Shown here one piece after another: positions 37,601 through 49,600 of a stretch of DNA of 64,000 nt. How positions within the stretch are numbered: the first letter of the stretch is position 1; every line of letters begins with the position of its first letter. The translations under genes were made by a program, and so were the position numbers. The notes under the pieces are model-generated. The model searched no databases and was not told where the DNA came from. It saw only the letters and a list, made by a program, of their open reading frames with translations. The DNA is from Amoebophrya sp. A120 (Eukaryota > Protista > Dinoflagellata), in assembly GCA_905178155.1 (NCBI GenBank), contig CAJINV010000014.1, positions 592,116 to 656,115 of the forward strand. Direction: 5' to 3'.

Positions 37601-40600
37601 GAGCCCTTGTAGTTTGTTGATCCCGTTGATGTGTTGGCTGCTACTACTTCGGTCTTTCTCGTCTGACTTCTTGTTTGGCCACGTTGACCACTCGTTTCGT
37701 CGTTCTGCACCGCGGCGGCGGCCCGGTTGCTGCTTGGGAAAATCACGTCGGCTGTACTAGCAGGCGCGGCCGTCGCCACGATGTCAACATCATCATGATC
37801 TCCTGAAGTAGAGGGAAAATAATTTATCCCCCGTGAAGTAGACGTCGGCGCGGGTAAAAGCGTTGCCTCGCCGAAATCCGACACGACGACGTGTGGAAAG
37901 TGAGTGCCGACCCGGGAAAAATACGGATGGTGGTCCTGCTGTTGACCATGTGAATATTGATGTTGTGGTCGTCCTTCCAATGTACTACGTGTAGAAGAAG
38001 TCTCACCAGCTGTAGCAGGCTCCTGCTGTTCATACTTCCTCGCCGGCATGTTGACCACATTCAAGAGATCTTCTCCGCGGTGGTGGTGGATACCAAAATC
38101 CTCCAGCGCCGGTCTTGCAGCAGCACTCGACCACGACGTGCTGGTGTCGGGCTGCCACCTACGGCTGCAGTCGACGAAAAAGTTGTCCGGCTTCAGGTCG
38201 TGGTGCACAATGTGCAAGGACTGCAGAAACCGCACGGCTTCCAGCATTTGGGCGTACATGGCCAGGCAGTGGGGGACGATCTCCCACGCAATGTCAAGTG
38301 CAAATATGTCTGCATCTGGAAGAGTACAAACTTGTCATGCAGAATTTCCATGCCCCATGAGGGCTGGAATGCAGGACCTAACATGGCAGATTCAGCGAGG
38401 TCTCTGTCATGCCCGTCCTGCATGAGAAACCCCCTCTCATGGTGGTCAGAAAAGGGCAACTTTTGGTGATCACGCAAGACAGATTTTTGTGTGATCCAAG
38501 CAGGACGCATCACAAGCTCCATCCTTCCACACCCAGACATATTTGAAATGCATACGCAAAGCGGTTCTGCAACTTGAACTCGTCCTGCACCAGGTTGGCC
38601 AAAAACTTCTCGCGGTACTTCTGGCAATTCACCGGATAACTTTCCATCGACAGCCAAAATCGCTCTTGACCCAGGTGGAGACAGTTGTCGGGTCCCATAA
38701 ACCCGAAGTTCAGCAACTGGCACACGTGCCGGCCCTGCAACCGCGCTTCGTCCAGACAATAGACCTCGAGCAGAAAGTCGTGCAATTTGTTGCGCTTGGA
38801 GGCGGTCGTGACCCGGTCCTGCGACTGCGATTTCGCAGTTACCGTTTTCAGAATCATATCATTTTTCGCACTTGTTTCCTCCGACGGAAGGAGCTGAAGA
38901 CCCCGACCCGTCGAGTTTGCCGCCGCGGTTCCGGACGAAAATAAGACGTGCTCTTCCGCGTCACGTCCTGCTTATATAAAAATGCACAAGCAGGTACTCC
39001 CCCTCCCCCTTATTTGTCATGCAAAGGACGACCAAAGAAATCCACGCCCGGCACTGGCCTGCAAGCACTGTCTGCATGACAAATTTCGGAAGAACCTGAA
39101 TCGATACTACAATCCATCTGCAGATCATTTGTCATGGGGACGTCCCATTTCCGCTGTTGCTTGTCTTGCTGCTCATGCCATTCGAATGAGGGTGGCGAGG
39201 GGGCGTTGCGGACTGCTCTCGTCATAGCTCCTGTCCGCGATTTTTTCGACGAAAAAAAAGCACCATTTTGCTCTTGCGAGCTGTTCCTCCCGGTGCCCAT
39301 CAGTGTGTTTTTGAAGCTGTAGATTTCCGAAAACTGTCCGGTACTGGGAATCTGCACGGCGTTCTCCGCAAAGTCGGCCAGATGACGCTGCTCAGGAGCA
39401 ACCACAGCATCGAAGCTGGCATCGTACTCGGACGCAGAGTAACACAGCAATTTCAGCAACCGCAGAGCACCGGTGGTCGAGCAAGAAGTTCTTGCACAAC
39501 AACTTGGATGTTGCGTGGCCGTAGCTCTCGCGCCAGTGCTACCAACAATCATACGGAGGCCTCGTCCACTCGCCGTCCTACTTACTGTAGTTGGATGAGG
39601 AGCAGCCAACCCCAAGGGCAGGCTCTCAGCAACGACCAGTTCCGCGACCTTGTGCTGGTTGGATTCGTACATCAAATGCGACTTTAGAATGTTACAAATG
39701 TTCTCGTCCTCGTGGTATCAAATGCAAATGTGTCTGGGTCTCCTGGAAGATTCCGAGACTTGTGATGCAGTTTTTCCAAGCTCCGCCAAGTCTGGAATGG
39801 CGGGCCTGGCATCACAGGTTCTGCAGCCCCTTGGTGATGCCTATTCTGCATGAGACATGCCCTCTCAGAATGGCCAGAAATGGGGACCTTTTGCAAGTCA
39901 TGCAACACAGATTTCTGTATGATCCGCAGTACGCATCACAAGTTCGGATCCTTCCAGACCCAGACGTTTTTGCGGTTGATACGTGGCTCGTCTCGTGAAA
40001 ATACGCCGGGTCAAAAAAGCCCTGGTCCTGGGTAAAGAGAAGCTTCAGAACCAGCTGCAGCAGCATCAGGTGCACGAGCTCCTGGCTCGTTTTTTCGTCC
40101 CTTGCGACTTCCTCCTTCGACGGACCGGTAAGGAACGCACCAAAATCATGCTCATGCGGTATTTTTCCTCCAGGAGCGACTGAAGATGAACCATAGATTA
40201 TAGCGCCCAAAGGCATTTTCACCCCTGGCTTTGAATGATCCGCGAATGATGCGTCTTTCATCGAAGATGATATAATTTTTGCCCACGAATTCTTCGCGCC
40301 GCCAACACTGTACAACCGGGAGGCGTGTCGCTTGTCAAAAAAGCTTTGGTTACCCATTAAGGCCTGGGATTGGTGCACTTGTGGATTCAACTTGGAGGTG
40401 CGACTACCCGTACCACCTGCACCAGGCATAATCAGTCCTCCGGCCCGGCCCTTCGAGGCCGAGGAGAGGCCGCCAGAACCCCCTCCACCCCCGCCGCGCG
40501 TACTGAAGTGTCGCGGGGTCATGTTCTGCTGTTGCTCCAGCAGATGGTTTAGGTGTTGGTGAGGACCGCAGTCCTGCTTGAAGCGGGCGGCCGGGCTCTC

Positions 40601-43600
40601 CGAACTGGGCGCCGTCCACGACGGCGTTTGCCGACCCGGCGAACGGGACTGCGACACTGAGCCGGCTCGACTTACTTCGTTGGGCCCGACCATCATCTGC
40701 TGATTCTGTAACTGCTGCAACTGCTGCGTCAGATTCAAACTGTGCATCATATCACGTGCAAATTTGTCTGGTGCTGGAAATATTAAAGTCGGCGTGCTTG
40801 TAGTCGTGCACAATCGAGTGCATCACGCGACAAATGGTCACGTTCATGCATCAGCATCCAACAGCATAACTCATAATGTGTGAGGGTTTTGGCTATGCGC
40901 CGCTGGTTTCTTGATGTCTACCCCGCATGACGAACTCGCACTGCTCTGTGTGCCAAGATATAGTGGGAAGCTTTTGATGCTCAGCAGGAGAGACAGAAAG
41001 CGGGGCAGGAAAGATTTCTTCTTTCAGCAGCATGCGTTTGGCTCAAGGAGAGTGAAGATAGACACATAAGGGTGGAAAACTCGAGATTAGGAGTGTCGAC
41101 CCACGAAGAATCAAGTAAGTACTGAGCCAAAATCAATCAATCAATAATGGCATCATGATGGTCGTCTCGTTGCATTGGCGCACCGCCACCACCCGCGCAA
41201 GGTGAGCGGGAAGCGCTAGCTTCTTTGGTCTTCTTTTCCCTTTCCTCTCTTTGGTAACGCGACCAAGCGTGGCGCGCACCACAATAACGTCGTAAGAGTG
41301 TAAATCGGAGAAGCAGTAGGCGCGGTTGTCGGGTCCCGCGCCTCTGTTCAGGATTGTCAGGCCTTGGCGCTACGCTGTTGACGAAGGGACGAGCACAGTC
41401 ACCAACAACAATGGCTACCTCCCGCCACGTTGCGGGCACTTTTCTGATCCTTTTTGCGATTCTCAGCGCAGTGATGGGACGCAATCCGGATCGAGTACGA
41501 CACAAGCAGCGGCAATGCAACCAACCGCATGCCGAGGGCGCGTGGATCACCACTTCCACACTAAACACGCAAATGGCAGCCTTTCGCTGGCTGCTACCAG
41601 GCGCACGGGAGAAACAGCTCAACCAGCAGGAGCGCAACTCCTGCGAGAAGATCGACGACTTGATGCGCTACATCAGCAAGCACGGGGGGAAAGTGGTACT
41701 ACTGTCCGACGTCTCCAGCAAGGGCATTCCGACGCCAAGCAGCTGGAGCTGCAAGTGGGGGCCGTTCCGAGTCTTTGGGGCGGCCAAGGTTGCAGTAGTA
41801 ATCCACAAGTCGCTGCTGATCAGTCCGGACGGCAATACGATAGTAGAACCACCACGCAAGCACTTCGGGCCGCGGCTTCATGCTGTTTATGCACAAGGCC
41901 ACTGGTGGGCAGCAGCTTACCAACCACCCCGGAACGCCACTGCGGGGCGCTTGGAGGAGTTGGAGAAGTTCACGACGGCGCGCGAAAAACTCCTCTGCGC
42001 GGTTGGCCGGGGCAACTTGGTTCTGGGCGGCGATTGGAATGCCGCGCTGGGATATGAAGACCGCACGTTCGAGATGACCTCGCAGGGCGCAATCGGGTCC
42101 GCCACCCTACTCAGCGGAGCACAGTCGGGAACGGGAAAAGAGTCCATGGAGTTCGCACTGGTTAACAACCTCACCATTCCGGACACGTTCAAGGCAGTGC
42201 ACTCGCGGGGCACTTGGTGGAGGATGGCGAACAACCGATGGCATGAGCTGGACTACTTCTTCCTGACGAAACGCATACGCTTCGGGCGTGTCACAACCCA
42301 CACCCCGAACCTCCGCACCGATCACCGCATGAAGAAAATCTGTATCGTGGTAGGCAGATCAAAGGCTGAGCAGCGCCGGGCGGCTCTCCTACGGGCACAG
42401 AACAGGCAGGCGCGCCTGCCGTTTCACGCATTGCGGCGTGACCAGGAGGTGCGGGACGCGTTTGGGCACGAAACTGATGCAGCTCTTGTAGCCAATGTGA
42501 AAGAGTTTGACGAGGAAGACATCGACCAGTGTTGGGAGCGACTTGAGAACGCGATCAACAGTGCGGCGACGAAAGCGATCCCGGCGAACACGGAACAGGC
42601 CGCGCGCAGGTATCCGCCCTGGGTGGATTTGAAGGACTTGGAACTCTTGAAGGAGAACCGGGCGCGGACCCTGTGGGAGCGCAACAACTCGGCGGACGCC
42701 GAATTTCGACGGGAGTGCAACAGACAGGCGCGGCAGATGGCGAAGGAGTACAAACAACGCGACGAGGAGAGGTTCCAGATGTACATCACCAGTCTTACGG
42801 ATCAGTGCGCAGATGAATACAAGAGGTGCCCAAGAACGGACTTCCAGCGACTGAAGGAGAGCGGCGCGATCTATTCTCACGAGACGACAGCAAAAGGCGA
42901 TCCGGGTTTTCCCTTCTCCGCAGCGCAGGCCGAGGCTCACTCTTCGGCGTTGATGCGGCGCACGGGCGAAGTGCCGGAAGGTTTTGTGGAGTTACTAGCC
43001 CGGCAAGTTCCGCAGCAGCCGCCCTCGGGAGAAGACTGGTGGGGAGTACCGCAACCGACCGAAATCTGGGAGATCGTTCGCAACATGCGGGACTGCGCGA
43101 CCGGACATGACACCGCGCACAGGTTGCACATCACGAACCTTGGCGAGATTGCCTGGGGGGAGTTTGTGTCATTGGTCCAGCAAATCTCCAAGCAGAAAAA
43201 ACTGCCAGCAAAGACGCAGCTTGTGAAGATGGTGGCGCTGTTCAAAGGCAAAGGACTCGACCCGAAGTTGTTGACGAACTACCGCGCGATAGCCCTCATC
43301 TGCCTGCTGAGCAAGATCGTAGAGTCTATTTTGCAGAAGCGCACTGCCTGGCACCTGGAGTCGCGAGGATTCTGGGACGAAGAGGCAGCGCAGCGGGGTT
43401 TTCGTGAAGATTGCAGCACGTGCGACCTGGTAGTAGCGTTGAACGTTCTGGCGGACATGGCCAGGACGGAGCAGCGGGGGGACTTGGCAGACGAGTTGGT
43501 CTACATCCTGATTGACTTCAAGAAGGCCTTTCCCTCAGTAGTGCGAAAATGTGTTTACATTCATGATTTTGGAGCGAACAGGCATGCCAATGGATGACAT

Positions 43601-46600
43601 TGCAGCTTTGGAAGCAATTCACGAGCATCCGAAATTCTACATGCAGTTAGGAGACGAGAAGAGCGACCAGTGGAGTTCGACGAGAGGCTTCACAGAAGGG
43701 GGATGCTCCAGCCCCTCGCTCTACAACGTACTTTCCGCGCCAATGTACAAGGAGATGGCGAGCAAGATGACGGGGGTCAAGTACGTAAAAACCGCCGAGC
43801 TTCTGAAGCACTTAGTTTCTGTGCCGGAGGACTCGCATGACGCGGCCGAGACAGTGAAGAAACTGATCGCGCTGCTGTTTGCAGACGACGCGACACTTCC
43901 GACACAGCTGAAGAACGCAGAAGCCACGGGGCAAATTGCGAGCGACGTTGCAGCAACTTGCGGACAGGAAGTACATCCGGCGAAAACCGAACGCCTGCTG
44001 ATACGCAGCCAGCACACTCGGGCCGATCTCTTCGAAGGACCAATGGCACCGGGTCAGGAGCAGGTCGAGCCACTGGGGTTCCAAGATACCGCGAAGATCG
44101 TCGGATGCGATATCACCAGCAAGCACTCAGCGGAGAAGCAGTTCCGGCGACACATGACGAAAGCGCAAAAGGCCTGGGGGATTTGGAGACCGATTTTCCA
44201 GAGGATGCGGAAGAGCAGAGGCATACCCCTCAAGGCGCGTGGAGCCCTGCTCAAGTCCAACGTCTTGAGTTTCCTCTACTATTGCACCGCCGGACGGTAT
44301 TGGACCAGCGAGATCGACGCGGAGTGCGACAGGTTCGTAAGCAGGATGCTACGGGGCATCTCCTGCACGAAGATCAGCCAGATGGCAGGCGTGAAGAACA
44401 GCTTCGACTTGCGGCGGGCCTATGGCATACCATCCAGCCGGACCATCGTCGAGGACCTGGCTTTGCGCTACCTGGGTCACAAATTCCGGCAGGGAGTAGA
44501 CGACCCGGAGGACATCTCTGCGCCCGGTCTACCTTCGAAGCGCGAGTGGTTCGACATGCGGTTTCCATCGGGGCGGCTAGAGCAGGACCTGTGGAAATCG
44601 CGCCTCGTATTGCCGTCCCAGGACGCCCGCGCAAACCGGCGGCGACAGCACAAGCCGCTCGTGAAGCAGTGGCAGGAGATTATGACGCGCGCGGGGGTCT
44701 CGGCAAACATGTCGAGGAGGCAGTGGCAGCAGGCCACAGCGCAGCACTTGCGCCGTGAGGCTGAGCTTGAGTTCTATGCTTCGCATGAAGGAGGCAAGTG
44801 CCTGGGGCAACATAGCAACAGGCGGACTTTTTGTGGCGCCCTGCGTACAGCGCGCAATCAGGATTTTGGTGCTTCTTTAGTCAGTGGCAGCGTTGTTTCT
44901 GAACACCGATGCCCCACGTGTGGCATTCGTTATGAGGCTGATAGTAGAGCACTCAAACACCATAAGACGGCCTGTGCAAAGCTGGACTTTTCTAGTGTTG
45001 ACCTGGCTCGTGTTATCTGCGTCCGCACTAAGGTCGAGGGGCGCACTCAGATTCCCTGGCAAAATATGTGGCACTGTAGGGAGTGCGGCTGGCGTGGTAC
45101 AGGCAGCGGCTTAGGCATCAAGACCGCGCGGGTCGTGTCTGAGCATGCGCTGACCTGTGACCCTGTTACGGATCAGGCTAAAGGTATGCAGCGTACAGAA
45201 ATTCAAGCCTACATCACTCGCCTTGCAAATTTTGATGCGAATCCCAATGCGCACCTGCCTGCTGCAGCGGCGCAGTTTTAGTTCGTTTCGTGCGCGGTTC
45301 AGCTTCAGCAATAGCTTTTCAGAACTGGCGACCCGACCTAAAACCCAAAAAGTGCTCACTTTCAGAGGTCTGCGGTCATCAAAACAAACGACTTTTTTCG
45401 TAGTCTTGCCGGGTCTAGAGTTCTGGAAAGTTCACTGCATTCAATTTCCATCAGTGTGCTCTGTTGTTCTCTTGTTTTTTGCGTTTGGTTTTCACTGGTG
45501 GCTCAGCAACGTGTTTAGATGTGTAGCTGCGGTCGCAGAGACCCAGCAATACCGCGGTCGCAGAGACGAGACCCGGCGCGGGCGCAGAGCCTGCGCGGCG
45601 AAATCCGCAATGATCTGCTTTATGCATGCTTTGCACTGCGTGCGCCGGCTCTCTTTCTCGACCTTGCTGCTGTTTTTCTGATGCTAAGCTAATTTCTGTT
45701 GTGCCCTCTGCCTCTGGTTCATATTGTTGCTGCACTGCTAACTCTCTGTGAAAATTAGAACGCGCTGCAAAATTTCTGTCTAAGAAGACAAGAGCCTTCA
45801 CTTTGTCGCACTGCACACACACCCCCCCGCGTGCAGCAAAATGAGCCGGAAACTGGCCCGCGAAGCCAAGGAGCGCTGCATCATGGTGCAGGTTCCCGAG
45901 GATGGTGCTGCAAGTATCCGCTGGCCGGCTGCGGCTGCCGGCGGCCACGACGAGTACAAGGGCCTCACCTCGGAGGACAAGAAGAAGATCCTGAGTGACA
46001 TCAAGGACCTCCTCGCTGCTGCCCGTGTCAGTGATGTCAAGGTGGTCTGGGAGCAGGATGACACTGGCAAATTTGCGATGAAGGAGAAAGCCGATGAGCA
46101 GTGGACCCTGGACGAGCGGAATGCCTTCACCTTCGCGCGCACCAAGTTCGTCGGCGACATGTGGAAACACCTGAAGCCGGAACATGTTGAAAGAATTCAT
46201 CAACAAGCGGCAGGGCGGACGGATCGAATTTGTCATGCATCTGGGCGAACTGGCGATGAAGATGCTTGACTTCATCCGGGACAACGATCGCAATGTCTTC
46301 AAGAAGTTCGGCTCTTCCCTGAAGATCAAGGCCAAGGGCTTGCACCGCATCGACGACGGGGCCGGTGGCGCTAACCCGAACGAAGGAGCTGCTGCTGCGG
46401 CTGATGCGAAGGGTGGGCAAGGGCAAGAAAGGCAAGAAGGGCAAAGGCAAGGGAGCCAAGAAAGGTGGTGGCAAACCCTGGAAGAACAACAAGCCGAAAA
46501 ATAACCAGTGGAACAACAACAAAAACAACTGGAGCAACTGGGATGATAATTCCTGGAACGGATACTGGTGACTGTGCACAGATGTGCACGCGTGGCAGTT

Positions 46601-49600
46601 TGTCCTCGCCAATGAGGATCGAAACTGAGGAAGCTGGTTCAACATCAGCAATCGAGAAACAGACTCAAATTTACTAGATCAGTAGAAACCACATTTACAA
46701 AAGGACTCGTTTACACATTAGTCCGCCTCGAGAAAAACTGTTGCTGCGTGAAAATCTTGACAAACTGCATCTCACTTTTCCAAATCCAAATCCAAATCCA
46801 AGCTTTTGATGCTCAGCAACGTGCACCAGCACAGATTTTTGCGTGATTCAGAGACGAGTAAGCACGACTGACAGGCTTGCATCCTTTCGAACCCAGACAT
46901 ATTTGTCCAAAATCGCGATGGATACATCAACAAATTCGAAGATTGCGAGTTCGTGAAGGAGCTGCTTTGGCTCAGCGGTGCAGCAGCGCCACCCGCTCGG
47001 GTCCGCGGCGTCACTCCCAGCGCCAGCGGCTGGGCTCGAATCGCCCCCGTTTTCTCCTTGCTACGCACCTTGTTCAGGTTGTCAAAAGTGCGATCGTTCA
47101 TCGAGCTCGCGATCTGGTTTCGAGCGGACATCGGGCCCGCGGCGGCACCTCCCGCACCGCCCCCGGGCATACCGATACCGCCCCCCCGCGCAGACATCGG
47201 CATCACAGAGGTGGTTGACGAGATGTTGCTGTGGCCGCCTAAATTTCCGGGACCCATTCCTGCCTGCTGCACGGCCCCCACGACCCCACTGCTCCCACCA
47301 CCAGTGGCCCCCGCCACACCCGTTCCCGTGGCGCTGCCGAGACTGAGCTGCAACTTGGGCACTTTTTTCGCCGTTGATGTTGTCAGGTGAACGGGAGCTG
47401 CTCCTGCAAGACCAGGAGGAGCTCCACCACCGCCACGTCGCATGTAGTCCTTTTCTTGTTCCACATTCCCACCCGAACTGCTCACGTTGCTCTTCACACT
47501 CTCTTTGGAAGACGAAGAGCTGGCGGGGAGGAGAAATTCACCTCCACCGGGTGCTGGACCAGTGCGAGAAGTGCCGGCTGACGAGGGAAGACCTCCTGCT
47601 GGCATCTTGTCCTTCTTCTGATGTGCGACGTTCTTCACCGACATCGTCCCTGCTACTGATCCCGCTGATGATGGGGCAGCACCAGCAAGGTGGTCAGCGT
47701 CGTCCTGCACGTCGTTCTTATACTGTGCTGTTGATTTTTTACTCTGCGCTAGCTGCAGGTCCTGGTGACCACCACGGCCGATGTTATCTTGATGTGTTGA
47801 CATGTCTTCTCCAGATGAAAAAATGTCTCCAGTTCCATGTCGATCTCCGTCACCCATTTTTCTGCTCAAGGGCGGTAGCGCGTGGGGCTTGCCCGGCGGG
47901 GTTATTCCAGATGAAGACATCATCAAACCAGGCAACATCTTGGGAAGAGCAGAAGACGCCGTCAGGCTCAAGCTGTTCGACATTGAACGCGGCGTCATGG
48001 AGCTGTTACTCGTCGCGAGGAGCAATTCAGCAGTGGAACTACGGTGTAACTGCTGCTCCTGCTGCTGCTGCTCCTGCCTCCGACTGATTGCGCTCGTCGT
48101 CGGGTGAAAAATTCGCCCCGGCGTACCTGGTGCGGGACCAAGGCCCGACGTAGATGAGCCTGCACCGGGCACAAACTGGCTCTGGTTCTCGTCTACTTGC
48201 ATAGAATTAGCTGAACTAGACGCGCCAAAAGAGCCCTCCGGTCCGGCGCCACCCGCACTTCTGAGGACTCCCCCGGCGCTCCCCCGCGGCTCCCCTCCCG
48301 TCGGCGTACCGACGACGCCGACCTGCTGCTTCAGACCTCCTGCTCCGGCTTGTTGTAGTTGCGCGGCGGCGGCGGCCCGCCGACTGTGCACGCCCGACAT
48401 GGGTATAGGCGTGATCACGTCGGGTTCCTGTGGGGGCATGTTCTGCACCTTCTGGAAGGGCAGGCTGAACTGCGGACGATTTGCCTTTTGCACCAAACTC
48501 GGATTTTTATTTATTGAGGATAAAGATTTTGCCGCTCCACCGGGTAATTCATCTTGTTCAACACCACGAGAGTTCGTCCTCGCTTTCGACGAGTAATCAG
48601 CTGTCGCAGCAGCTCCATGATCTTCACGACCGTCGATCCCAGCAGCCCCCTCCGAGTAGTTTCTCATGTTCATCTTGCGCATGTCCTGCTGGAGCGACAT
48701 ATTTTTAAAGTGATCCGGAGAAACGGAGCTGGAATTTTCGTCCTCTGCCTCCGAAAGGTCCTCGTCTCCGGGCGTGCTGCGATTGGCGACGCGATACCGT
48801 TTTTCCGCGGAAGACCCCGGCTCACTCGGCAGACTCTTTTTCGCTGACGGCCACATTTGGTGGCTGCCTTCGAACATATTGTTGGAAAACTGCGTGTGCT
48901 GGCACCCGCCGCGACCCAGGTTGTTGCTCAATACCTCCTGCGCGTGGTGGTCTTCTGGGGACGAATATGTAATGTACATTTCCCGTACTTACATGTACAA
49001 AATGCATGACGAATTCCGCTAACTTGCAGTGTCCAACTTGTCATGCTAGACTAGGATTGAAGGCAAGTTTTGTCATGCAGAGACTGCATTTGTACGTGTA
49101 CGGGAAATTTCCTGTGGATAACGAATTTGAAAATTCTTCGTCCTCGCGACCAACACGTCCACCACTGTGGCTCTTGTCGTCTTCCTCCCGCTATCAACTG
49201 CAAAAGTGTCTGGGTCTCAAAGAGTGCCAGACTTGTATATGCAGGTTTTCCATGACCCATGAGGTCTGGTATGTAGGACATAGCATGACAGATTCTGTGA
49301 GAGTTCTATCATGCCTATCCTGCATGAGAAACTGCCTCTCGATTAGGTCAAAAGTGGACAGCTTTTGGTAATCATGCAACACAGATTTTAATACATGACT
49401 CAGATTTAGCATGACAAGTTGCTTTGCTCCAGACCCAGACATCTTTGCATTTGATACCCGCCGTCCCGGAGACTCCGGCGGCGTGGCGTCCGCGCCGCCG
49501 CCCGCACTGCCGCTCCACTTTCTGGCGTTGGACGAACGACCACCCGTGGCGGGCCCACGAGGAGCTGCTCCGCGCCCAGCAACGAGACTTGACGTTACAC

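Larger units (their letters stand above)
40987..46799 (+). mobile_element. Non-LTR retrotransposon (APE-RT LINE), 5813 bp, with an extra 3' ORF
   Basis: Perfect 19-bp TSD aagcttttgatgctcagca at 40968-40986 and 46800-46818; (ccaaat)3 tail from 46780; internal APE-RT ORF. Confidence 0.95.
40750..46924. mobile_element. Family-A introner expanded to 6.2 kb by a LINE insertion
   Basis: catca|TATcacgtgcaaatttgtctgg...ccagacatatttg...ggATA|catca; join SNLLM|HSLNLTQQ is in frame. Confidence 0.85.

Noticed and set aside
41170-41345. Possible HDV-like ribozyme in the LINE 5' leader
   Set aside because: Only simple hairpins are visible (cccgc/gcggg, aggcgcgg/ccgcgcct); I could not build the nested double pseudoknot by eye.
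41411-41480. Signal-peptide-like N-terminus (MATSRHVAGTFLILFAILSAVMG) on the LINE protein
   Set aside because: The hydrophobic codons coincide with a T-rich tract before ATG 41474, so it is more simply read as a leader or acceptor sequence; not fully excluded.
45451-46651. Minus-strand ORFs of 299 aa and 174 aa over the LINE 3' ORF
   Set aside because: Antisense shadows of a codon-biased + strand ORF.
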